Position numbers and translations under genes: made by a program
Origin: Minisyncoccota bacterium
GTDB lineage: Bacteria > Patescibacteriota > Minisyncoccia > Phycocordibacterales > PALSA-1337
NCBI GenBank assembly: GCA_041665385.1
Contig: JBAYIX010000002.1
Span: forward strand, 50,932 to 114,931
DNA length: 64,000 nucleotides
Reading direction: 5' to 3'
Part shown: piece after piece, positions 27,692 through 36,735 of the stretch
Position numbering within the stretch: the stretch's first letter is position 1
How the letters are laid out: every line of letters begins with the position of its first letter
Notes under the pieces: model-generated
Database searches by the model: none
What the model was told of the DNA's origin: nothing
The model's input: only the letters and a program-made list of their open reading frames with translations

Positions 27692-29770
27692 CTAACTCAG
27701 GTAAAATTTATATATGTCTTTTGGTAAAGACACATGCTTTTCACAATAACCCAAAACCTCCCTAGCCAATATTACAAGAAGTGCTAATCGTTTTCCAAAA
27801 CTTTTATCATCCCGAGGTATTTGTAATATGGTTTTAATCTGATGATCAAATCCGTCAGGTTGCTTAGGTAAACCGGAAAAGAACTTAGTATAATAATTTT
27901 TTTCCTCAGGATAGTTAATTTTGTTGAGATCGAAAATCATATTTTTTATATATCTTACTGCTCTATCAATTTCTAAATTTGCCACCAAAACTTCTTTTCT
28001 TGAATATTGTTTATAAATTTCTGAAAACATTTTAAAACCGTGATACTCGTTATAAACCATGCAAATTTCTCCTAACTCAATAATATTCTCAACTAATCTT
28101 CTTTTTTGCTCTGAAATCGAAATCTTCGTTTTCTTTTTTATTATGTGACTAATTGTTTCAGTACATTGTATCAACTTCACATATGAATAAGCGTGTTTCA
28201 TTTTAGGTGACCATAAGCTGTCTCTAAACGAATTCAGAGACATATATCGACCCGAAAACATAACTCCATTATATTTATACATGCCGGTTTTAAGCCCATA
28301 TTGTTTTTTTATTTTCTCAATATCATCACAATCAAATACACAAGTGAAATCAATATCTGACAGGTCATCAGCTGTACCCCTACCAACACCACCTCGAATA
28401 ATCAGTCCCTGAAAACCTGGGATTATACTGAAAAAGTCTTCAACATATTTGTTTACAATATCCTCATATTCCACAACTGTCATATTATCTAATACATCAT
28501 GTGTTTCAAATTTTTGGTCTAAAATGACTTCGTTTTCATTTTTCATAAGAGGAAGATCAACATTGCTAATATAATTGTCTAGAGTGAAAAGTATTTTTTG
28601 ATATTTACTACTGAACCTGATCACATCTTCCTTTATAAGGCTCTTCTCTTTATAACCAATCAATACTTCCGAAATATATTTCGCTATTTGTTTCATTTCA
28701 TCTTCTTTCATGCCCAGTCTCGTCACTTCCGCAGTTCCCAATCTTAGTCCAACTTTTTGTATCGCAGGTATCCGAATAGGGTTTGTATTGATATTACATT
28801 CAGCAAGCATTTCAAACGCTCTCTGTGGATCAAGCGCGCCCGTGTCTATCCAAACCTGGTGCGTTTCCGTAACACCTTTATCGAGCGTGGGAATTGCAAC
28901 CCCATTCATAGCTAAGCTATTCCCCAATTCCTTAGCGTTTTTTACAACCTGCATAGCATATTCATTCCCAAATTCTTCCATTTCTAATACACTCATATAC
29001 AAAGCCAAAAGACTTCCTGTGTGAAGGCTAGATATGTAATCATTTGATATAGAATCAATTTTATTTATCAGATCTTGGTTATTAGTCAAGATAATTCCTT
29101 TTTGGGAACCAAAGAATGTCTTATGGGTACTGCCGCTTAAAATATCCGCTCCGTTTTCTATTGGATTCGGAAACGACTTACCGGCGATTAAACCCAAGAC
29201 ATGCGAACCATCATATACGATCGGAGCATGATATTTTTCCGCAAGTTTTTTTAATCCATCAAGAGGAGAATAAAAACTAATGATTGTATTATCCAAATAT
29301 ATTAATCGCGGTTTTCTAATCTCGAACGTTTTCTCTATTTCTTCCAAATCGAATCGATAATTTATATTACTAAATGGTAAATAGTTAATATTCAGATGAT
29401 ACATACGACATATTTTTTCGGTCGACGCATGGCCTCCATCAAGTGGTTTCAGAGTGTAAATGTTATCATTTTTATCTGTTAGACTGCTGATAATCAAACT
29501 CATACAACTCATCCCTGAAAGCGGTGATATGTTGACATATTTTACGTTAAACATTTTGCAAAGATGTTGCTTCAGTTTTTCTTTAATTTCAAAAAGTTCT
29601 TTATTGTTTGGAAAATCATTGAGAATATACCTATTGGAAAGCAACGATGCCTGCAATTGGCTAACCTTATCGCTAATTATGTTTTCTGAGGCAATAAGGT
29701 TTATACATCTGCTTTTCCGTTCCTCCTGTATTGCAACAGTTCTAATTAGATTATCTAAATCGGATTCCAT
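27692..29770 (-). CDS. Fusion protein: N-terminal serine hydroxymethyltransferase-like PLP enzyme plus C-terminal Pol-beta-superfamily nucleotidyltransferase
   Basis: SHMT blocks LIASENI, GGH, DGSHVLGLIAG, STHKTFFGSQKG (PLP-Lys) and IRLGTAEVTRLGM. The NTase motif GGVGRGTADDLSDIDF lies at about aa 460-480. 692 aa. Confidence 0.65.
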   Translation of the reverse strand: MESDLDNLIRTVAIQEERKSRCINLIASENIISDKVSQLQASLLSNRYILNDFPNNKELFEIKEKLKQHLCKMFNVKYVNISPLSGMSCMSLIISSLTDKNDNIYTLKPLDGGHASTEKICRMYHLNINYLPFSNINYRFDLEEIEKTFEIRKPRLIYLDNTIISFYSPLDGLKKLAEKYHAPIVYDGSHVLGLIAGKSFPNPIENGADILSGSTHKTFFGSQKGIILTNNQDLINKIDSISNDYISSLHTGSLLALYMSVLEMEEFGNEYAMQVVKNAKELGNSLAMNGVAIPTLDKGVTETHQVWIDTGALDPQRAFEMLAECNINTNPIRIPAIQKVGLRLGTAEVTRLGMKEDEMKQIAKYISEVLIGYKEKSLIKEDVIRFSSKYQKILFTLDNYISNVDLPLMKNENEVILDQKFETHDVLDNMTVVEYEDIVNKYVEDFFSIIPGFQGLIIRGGVGRGTADDLSDIDFTCVFDCDDIEKIKKQYGLKTGMYKYNGVMFSGRYMSLNSFRDSLWSPKMKHAYSYVKLIQCTETISHIIKKKTKISISEQKRRLVENIIELGEICMVYNEYHGFKMFSEIYKQYSRKEVLVANLEIDRAVRYIKNMIFDLNKINYPEEKNYYTKFFSGLPKQPDGFDHQIKTILQIPRDDKSFGKRLALLVILAREVLGYCEKHVSLPKDIYKFYLS

Positions 29771-29774
29771 GTAA

Positions 29775-30401
29775 TTATTTTTTCCTTAAATTAAAATTAT
29801 GCCCACGGCAATAATTCTTGGTCCATGTTACATAACATTTCCCTGCCTCTGATTCAATAATAAAGTATTTTTGTAATATCATCCTTAAATTATTTATCGA
29901 CTGATGGTGACACTCGAAACCTTTACTGTTTTTAAACCGTCCAAAATGCAGTGTTTTTATAAATCCAAAAATATATTGTTTCCAATTTTGTTTGAAATCG
30001 ATAATAAAGGTTTCCAGTAAAACAGATCCGTTGATTGAGAGACTTCTAGAAATCTTCCTAAAAAAAGCGTCCTGATCATTATCAGTGAGGATATATTCAA
30101 TAACCCCCATCAGTAGGATTAGATCGTATTTCTTATTCAGATTTAAACTTTTGAAATCAGAAACAAAGAGATTTGCATCTTGGCAATTTTTCTTGGCCTC
30201 TAATACATAACTTGGGGACATATCGAAACCTGTTAAATTTGTGAAACCTAAACTCTGTAAATAACTCAAAACTCTTCCATACCCACAACCAACATCAAGA
30301 ATCCTTATGTCTTTTGGAAAGGATGCTAGAAAACTTTTATCTGGCAAAGGTGTGGTAAATTTAACATCCTCACCATAGATCATGTCTGCCCAGATTGTCA
30401 T
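29775..30401 (-). CDS. Class I SAM-dependent methyltransferase
   Basis: Motif I ILDVGCGYGRV, post-I acidic residue and motif II region. Confidence 0.7.
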   Translation of the reverse strand: MTIWADMIYGEDVKFTTPLPDKSFLASFPKDIRILDVGCGYGRVLSYLQSLGFTNLTGFDMSPSYVLEAKKNCQDANLFVSDFKSLNLNKKYDLILLMGVIEYILTDNDQDAFFRKISRSLSINGSVLLETFIIDFKQNWKQYIFGFIKTLHFGRFKNSKGFECHHQSINNLRMILQKYFIIESEAGKCYVTWTKNYCRGHNFNLRKK

Positions 30402-30410
30402 TTGTTTGAT

Positions 30411-31148
30411 TCATTTATGATATAAATCTTTTAATGTCCCCACCGCAAAAGGAATGATCCTCATTAAACAGTTTCGTAAATCTGACTCGTAGGTTTCTCG
30501 ATTTGGGATGCCTTTAAAATCTTCTTTACTCTCCTCATCTGCTGGTAAATCAGTTGGAATATTTATTGCAGCTGCGGGTAATTTTCTGAACTGGCAAACT
30601 GATAAAATTGCCGCCGTTTCCATTTCAATAGAAATAACCCCCAACTGACATAATTGCTTAAGTAATACTGGATCTTCTCGCCATCTACCATCTGTTGTTA
30701 CTGTGATACCTTGCTGGTAATCAACACCTCCTTCAGTTAATCTTTTTATGAGGAGGGTATTCAGATTAGAGTCAGATACAATAGGATAGCCACATGGTAA
30801 GTAATGCTTCGAGGTACCTTCGCTACTAAAGCATGCTGTCGTAATAATTGGGCACCATAATTTTATTTCTTTCGATAATGCTCCACATGTCCCGATTCTA
30901 ATTATTGCCTTTGATCCATACACCCTTAATCTCTCAGTCATGCACGCGACCATACTTGAACCTTGGCCAGAAATAAAAGCGATGTCGATATCATCCACAA
31001 TTATATGTAACACATCATCCTGGTCATTTGGATAATAGATTCGTTCACTTTTAGGGAAAAGTGATTCAACGATTGAATACCATGAGGACTTCTCAAGAAT
31101 AATTCCAAAATTTGTTTCTCTTTTTACCTCTATTCCTTGTTTATACAT
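30411..31148 (-). CDS. PNP/UDP-phosphorylase family-1 nucleoside phosphorylase or nucleosidase
   Basis: SGQGSSMVACMTERL, IIRIGTCGAL and SIEMETAAIL blocks characteristic of the PNP_UDP_1 family. Confidence 0.65.
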   Translation of the reverse strand: MYKQGIEVKRETNFGIILEKSSWYSIVESLFPKSERIYYPNDQDDVLHIIVDDIDIAFISGQGSSMVACMTERLRVYGSKAIIRIGTCGALSKEIKLWCPIITTACFSSEGTSKHYLPCGYPIVSDSNLNTLLIKRLTEGGVDYQQGITVTTDGRWREDPVLLKQLCQLGVISIEMETAAILSVCQFRKLPAAAINIPTDLPADEESKEDFKGIPNRETYESDLRNCLMRIIPFAVGTLKDLYHK

Positions 31149-31184
31149 GATATTTTATGATGCGCTTATCTTAATGGGTAATCT

Positions 31185-32528
31185 CTATTCTGACAATAGG
31201 TTATCGATCCTATTAATATCCCTCGGGAAAAGAGTGGCTTCCTTGATATTTTCTAGACCAAGAAGCTTTGCCGTAATGCGCTCCAACCCGAGTCCCAGAC
31301 CTCCGTGTGGAGGCATGCCATATTTGAAAGCTTGAAGATAATATTTGAACTTTTCAGGATCAAGCTTCTTTTCCTTCATGGAACTAACAAGGTCATCGTA
31401 GTTATGGATGCGTTGCGCGCCAGTAGTGATTTCTACTCCACGGAAGAGCAAGTCAAAACCTTTAGTATATGTTGGATCTTTTTCATCTCTATAAGTGTAG
31501 AATGGGCGCTTGGCTGTCGGAAAATTAGTTACGAAAATAAAGTCGGAATTAAAATTCTTCTCGGCATATTTACAGAGCCATCTTTCATGTTCAGGTTCAA
31601 GATCCGGCTCATTTGTGCAATCTTTACAGGTATCTTTTGTAATAAGTTCCTGAGCTTCGCGTAACGTCAATTTTGGAATTTCTTTCGGAACAGCTGGTAT
31701 AGTGGCACCGAGCAAGGCAAAATCGTCAACACAGGAAACACGAAGAACATTTTCAAGATATTGCAAAAATTGATTTTCGGCATACATGACATCATGATGG
31801 TCTTTAATATAACCCATTTCCATATCTAAACTGGTATATTCATTGAGGTGACGCGTTGTACTATGTTTCTCCGCACGATATACATTACCAACAGAAAAAA
31901 CACGTTCAAATACGCCGACCATAATCTGTTTATATAATTGGGGACTTTGAGCCAGATGTGCGACATGTTTGAAATATGTAACATCAAAAGAGTTCGCCCC
32001 GCCCTCGGCATCATCACCAATTAATTTCGGCGCTTGAAATTCTGTAAAACCCTCTTTTGTAAAGAAGTCTCTGAAAGCTTTGGCAATAGCTGCTTGAACC
32101 TTGAAAACAGCCGCATGTTTTTGACTTCGAAGAGTGAGCGGGAGGTAATCGAGATATGTATCGATATTAATTTCAGAATCTTTTTCAAACGGAAGTTCCT
32201 TGGCTATTCCAATAACCTTGATACGTTTAATCTCAAGTTCGATATCCCCGTTCATTTTTCCGACTTGAATGTTCTTTTGGGGACGTTTGTTTACGATGCC
32301 AATAATGTCTACGACCCATTCAGAACGTATTTCCTTCGAAGCCTCAAGGGCTTCTGAATTATTAGGAAGTACCACCCCTTGTATATTGCCTGTCCGATCT
32401 CGAAACTCGAAAAATACCATTTTACCCTGATCACGACGTACATCAACATATCCTGAAATGCTGATTTCTTTACCGACAAATCCTTTTACATCTTTTATGT
32501 ATGTTCTTTGCATTGTACTTGCGACCAA
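31185..32528 (-). CDS. asnS: Asparaginyl-tRNA synthetase (class IIb), paralogue of the upstream AspRS-like gene
   Basis: RAEKHSTTRHLNEYTSLDMEM resembles the AsnRS motif 2 region. QSPQLYKQ and GGLGLGLERI class II motifs. Confidence 0.6.
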   Translation of the reverse strand: MVASTMQRTYIKDVKGFVGKEISISGYVDVRRDQGKMVFFEFRDRTGNIQGVVLPNNSEALEASKEIRSEWVVDIIGIVNKRPQKNIQVGKMNGDIELEIKRIKVIGIAKELPFEKDSEINIDTYLDYLPLTLRSQKHAAVFKVQAAIAKAFRDFFTKEGFTEFQAPKLIGDDAEGGANSFDVTYFKHVAHLAQSPQLYKQIMVGVFERVFSVGNVYRAEKHSTTRHLNEYTSLDMEMGYIKDHHDVMYAENQFLQYLENVLRVSCVDDFALLGATIPAVPKEIPKLTLREAQELITKDTCKDCTNEPDLEPEHERWLCKYAEKNFNSDFIFVTNFPTAKRPFYTYRDEKDPTYTKGFDLLFRGVEITTGAQRIHNYDDLVSSMKEKKLDPEKFKYYLQAFKYGMPPHGGLGLGLERITAKLLGLENIKEATLFPRDINRIDNLLSE

Positions 32529-32867
32529 AGAAATGTCCTACTTAATCGTTATAAATGAAAACACTTTTTTGGTCAGAATAAATTAATTTCTAATAAATCC
32601 GTAGGGGTGATTTCGCCGCGGTTCTACCCTTTTTATTCATTTCGACATATCGGAGCAGAACCGGAAGATTATACTCACCAACTAAATACCGGCCTTCATT
32701 CTTCACCTCACCTGTTTCAACTGGATCGAAGATACTCAAAGAATGTAACATACTTTGATAATAATACACGAAATACCAATAATTTAGAAACGGATAACCT
32801 AGATTTACTCGAGAGAAGTCCGCAAACTATTTTATTGTCTGGTTTTTAAATCATTTACTCTTATAAT

Positions 32868-33362
32868 TTATATCTGCATTACTCGAACCAAATCACACGC
32901 CCTACTCATTATTCTGTCACCTACTTCACCCCAATCGAAGTATTTTTTGTAATCAGAGGCATCGATCAATTTTATTTCCGTAATATCACCGTCCGGGTCC
33001 TTTATAAAAGGTCCGTACGGCTCAACAATACAAACCGAGCGTGTTTGTCTGAATATGCGGTCAGATTCATATATGTCCTGATATCCTATAAATTTCTGAT
33101 TCAGAACCTTCATATTTGTTTCTTCCCTTACTTCACGGACTACAGCCTGCTCATAACTTTCCCCGAGTTCGATACCGCCACCTGGTGGAGCCCAGTAGCC
33201 TTTGTCATGAGCGTATACTATAACGAGCTTACCGCGACAAAAGCAGATTGCGTGAACGGTTAGAAGAATTTTACCCTTAACATCTCTTAATGGATCATCT
33301 TCACGATAATTAAGGTCGAGTTTTTGACCGGAACGATTGGTATAAGAAGATTTTATTTCCAC
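32868..33362 (-). CDS. NUDIX hydrolase
   Basis: Nudix box GGGIELGESYEQAVVREVREETN. Confidence 0.8.
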   Translation of the reverse strand: MEIKSSYTNRSGQKLDLNYREDDPLRDVKGKILLTVHAICFCRGKLVIVYAHDKGYWAPPGGGIELGESYEQAVVREVREETNMKVLNQKFIGYQDIYESDRIFRQTRSVCIVEPYGPFIKDPDGDITEIKLIDASDYKKYFDWGEVGDRIMSRACDLVRVMQI

Positions 33363-33583
33363 ATTGGTAATTATATCCGATTTGGACTACCTGTGCATAA
33401 CCTGTGTATAACTTCCCTCTTTACAAAACCAATGGAATATGCTATACCTAGGCTAGATTTGAAGTGATCGCTCGTTGAAAACACGAGACAGAGCTTCGGA
33501 TAAACAATTTGTTTAACCTGTTTTGTGCATTGGTCACTTGGCGGTGATCTTCTTGCCCAAAACGCAACTGAAAGGGTTGTGAA

Positions 33584-34531
33584 ATGAAAACGACTCGTAG
33601 TTTGTTTGCGACCATTCTGGTCGCGCTCACTGCCCTTGTTACGCAAGGGCAAGAATTGGTCGATGGGTTACCCGCGTGGTTACCTATCGGAAGTGATGAG
33701 ATTCTCATCAATTGGGCTGTCACCAACAGTCCCTCTTGGGTCGGTGCAGGTATCACCTATACCAACACGGCCGGTGAACCCGTTAAGTTCATACCTTATA
33801 TGGTTCCACTCAAAACAGAATCGCTAGATGATTTTCGAGAGTGGGCTTCCTACGCAGGAAACTCCATCATCGATGGTCTACGTGGAGCGACAGGTAGAAG
33901 TCAGATCTCGACCAATTCTACCATTCGCTTCTATGCCAGCCTTGCACATCGGCTGATCGATGGAACTCCAGGTGGAACTCCTTACGAGTTCATCTCTATT
34001 TATACTAACATCGGAAAGATAAAGGACATAACTCCTGACACTTTCCGTAACATGCCACTCAACAACAGGTATGCGAGAATTTACATCCCCGGTCTAAACG
34101 AGATCGAGATCGATGTGAAGGATAAGCACCATATGTTGTGGAAGAACGGTGTCGAAACATACACCTATAACGGCCTAGCCAACCAGGCAGACGGTTTCAT
34201 ACCTCCCAAGGAGATGATCATCACAAACGTGCTGACGCTCCGAACATGGTACTCCCATTACCCTGTCGTACGTATAACTCTCGGCACAACCAATGGCGTG
34301 AGGAGGACATACACGGGGTTTGGCGACCCACTCGATATCAAGATGGAGTACACCAAGTCCGAGATCATCTTGCATACGGCTCGCGGCTCGTACACTGAAA
34401 TAGAATGGTCCGAAGATCTGGTAAACTGGAACCCATACGCGGAGTTTCAGTCGACCGACACGGACTACACGTTCAGAGTACCAGTCGATCCATATCTGTC
34501 TCGTAGATTCATTCGAGGAAAGTCGCATTAG
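33584..34531 (+). CDS. Secreted hypothetical protein
   Basis: Signal peptide MKTTRSLFATILVALTALVTQG. No recognisable domain. Confidence 0.6.
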   Translation: MKTTRSLFATILVALTALVTQGQELVDGLPAWLPIGSDEILINWAVTNSPSWVGAGITYTNTAGEPVKFIPYMVPLKTESLDDFREWASYAGNSIIDGLRGATGRSQISTNSTIRFYASLAHRLIDGTPGGTPYEFISIYTNIGKIKDITPDTFRNMPLNNRYARIYIPGLNEIEIDVKDKHHMLWKNGVETYTYNGLANQADGFIPPKEMIITNVLTLRTWYSHYPVVRITLGTTNGVRRTYTGFGDPLDIKMEYTKSEIILHTARGSYTEIEWSEDLVNWNPYAEFQSTDTDYTFRVPVDPYLSRRFIRGKSH

Positions 34532-34604
34532 TGACTCTCCTTAGCAAAATTCCCCTATACGCAAGTGTAGGGGAACTTTTTTGCTTTAGAAATCACTCTA
34601 ATCT

Positions 34605-36536
34605 CTAAATTTCTATAACTGATGATGATGTAAGCTTGAGAGTTACAAATCCAGATATTGGAGCACGCGGATCTATATTTGTATTATCCTCACAGGACAC
34701 ATCGAATCGATAATCTCCATTTTCTACACCGACAGTGTCAAGTCCGTCAACCGTTTGGTCAGACTTCAATTTATTATCATCCCAATACGGCTTCGATGGG
34801 TCAGAAGGATCCAGTTTCCAGTGAGCATAAGCTGATCCATTTGATACTCTTGTCACACTTGTTTGACATTCATATCCCGTAACTTCCTCAGGTATCTGCC
34901 ACCACAGACCGAATGTTCCACCTTTCTTCGCACTATGGATCCTACCTGATTTCGTCAATGCCTCTGTAGATGTCTTACCGATAAATATCTTCAGATCACT
35001 CGATGGCACAGCTCCACCTTCCTGATGCACAGTTCCGCAAACGTCCGGTGCAGAAGGCGAGGTTCCATCGGCATTGGTTGCCACCACATACACATTGTAA
35101 TTTTGAGCGACAGGGTTCGAGTTGTTACTCGGGAAGCCGCTAACAGTAATGCTCGGTGGCACAGTAGACAGTGTCGAATAGGTTATACCATTTATGCTCC
35201 ACTGATACTTATATCCTGTACCAGCACCGCCTGTTGCAGTGATTTTTGCTGCGGGGATTGTGAGAGAACCTTGTATCACCGAACCATCGGAATTGAGAGT
35301 TGCCATGGTATATCCAGGAGCATAAGGTGCCGAACACGATACTACCGGCGGGGGCGTTCCCTGCACGCAACCAGGGCAGTTCACCGGAGGAGCTGCGTAA
35401 AATCTCGTCGCAGGGTCATCAATAGCATATCCATTTCTACCAGGGGTATTTGCATTGAAGTTCACCCAGCCCACGACATCACCAGCCCAAGCAAAACCTC
35501 GGAAGACGCCGGTTTTCGGATTCATAGTCACACCACCATTGTCAGTTGTGAGGTCAGGAGACGTATGGTTGCTACCAGAGAGCCGCATACAGCCGTCCCA
35601 GCCACCTGCGACTGCGGGGTTGGCCTTGGGAGTTAGGAATCGTGCCCAGCCCGTGACTTCTCCAGTTTTGAAATCGAGTTGAGCCTTGGTGGCAGAAGGA
35701 CAATCGGAAATATCTGCCTCGTTGAAACTGAGCCAACCAATACTATTTGACCATGCATAACCTGTGATATCGGCGACATCACCGGTCGTATTTGCAACAA
35801 TGACTTTGTAGTTGGAACGACTGCAACCAGTACTCGAAGGTGTCGGCGTAGGAGATGCTCCTGGGGCAACTTGACTACAATTGAGGTTGATATAACCGGT
35901 ATTGGATGACCATGCCCAACCATAGACATTGCCACCGCGACTGACGCCAACAGTGACATTCGTGGTTTCTGTTGTTACTTGGGATGCAAAATTCTCCACG
36001 CGCACAGTGATTATATGGGGGCCGTTCAGTCCGGAACCTATCCTCCAAACAACCGATCTCGATGGGTCTGTCCAGGCAGACGCGGCCATAGAAACAGCAT
36101 CATCTAGGAGTACGGTAGAATCCACAGAGATAATTATCCTTCGGATAAATAGTCCGGTTATATTTACATTGATATCCACATCCTGAGCAGTATTGAACAC
36201 TGCACCTTCTGTTGGAGAAGTCATGGTCACTACCGGCGCTATAGCACCTCGAAACGGGTCAAATCCGCTACTAGGTGTGGGTGTAGCAGAACTAGATGAC
36301 GTCGGTCTCGGTAAGCCTATAGAAGTCGGGCTTGCAGAAGGCGATGCAGTAGACGTAGGCGACGCCGAGGCACTAGCAGAAGGAGGAGTAGCAGATGCGC
36401 TAGCAGTAGAAGTCGGTGAAGCTGGGGGCGGAATGATTATCGGCCTAGGCGAACTCGTCTGTGCCGACACAACCTGGAAAAGGAAGCTGAAGCAACCGAC
36501 CGCAAGAACGCTAAATATTATGAAATTTTTTCTCAT
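34605..36536 (-). CDS. Large secreted/surface protein with a Pro/Ser/Thr/Ala-rich linker and repeated GYAWS.N.GW..FN motifs
   Basis: Signal peptide, low-complexity PTSTASAS linker, and at least 4 repeats of the GW-containing motif. Confidence 0.65.
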   Translation of the reverse strand: MRKNFIIFSVLAVGCFSFLFQVVSAQTSSPRPIIIPPPASPTSTASASATPPSASASASPTSTASPSASPTSIGLPRPTSSSSATPTPSSGFDPFRGAIAPVVTMTSPTEGAVFNTAQDVDINVNITGLFIRRIIISVDSTVLLDDAVSMAASAWTDPSRSVVWRIGSGLNGPHIITVRVENFASQVTTETTNVTVGVSRGGNVYGWAWSSNTGYINLNCSQVAPGASPTPTPSSTGCSRSNYKVIVANTTGDVADITGYAWSNSIGWLSFNEADISDCPSATKAQLDFKTGEVTGWARFLTPKANPAVAGGWDGCMRLSGSNHTSPDLTTDNGGVTMNPKTGVFRGFAWAGDVVGWVNFNANTPGRNGYAIDDPATRFYAAPPVNCPGCVQGTPPPVVSCSAPYAPGYTMATLNSDGSVIQGSLTIPAAKITATGGAGTGYKYQWSINGITYSTLSTVPPSITVSGFPSNNSNPVAQNYNVYVVATNADGTSPSAPDVCGTVHQEGGAVPSSDLKIFIGKTSTEALTKSGRIHSAKKGGTFGLWWQIPEEVTGYECQTSVTRVSNGSAYAHWKLDPSDPSKPYWDDNKLKSDQTVDGLDTVGVENGDYRFDVSCEDNTNIDPRAPISGFVTLKLTSSSVIEI

Positions 36537-36622
36537 TTTTTCTTTTGTTTATGATAAAAGCCATTACAACTGGTGTAATGATATCACATGCCATAAATGC
36601 GGCCTGTGGATAGTGGGAATAG

Positions 36623-36735
36623 GCAAGTAAAAGAGATGGCCTGCACTTTCAGGCAAATAGCAGAGCTACCTCGAAAACAGCCGACCACAATATTCTTCTA
36701 TTTGCCTGAAAGTGCAGGCCATCTCTTTTACTTGC
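36623..36735. repeat. Giant-hairpin element D: perfect 38-bp inverted repeat with the core in opposite orientation. The right arm overlaps the valS stop codon.
   Basis: Arms are 36623-36660 and 36698-36735. The loop reverse complement shares TTCGAGGTAGCTC and TTGTG blocks with element E. Confidence 0.8.
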
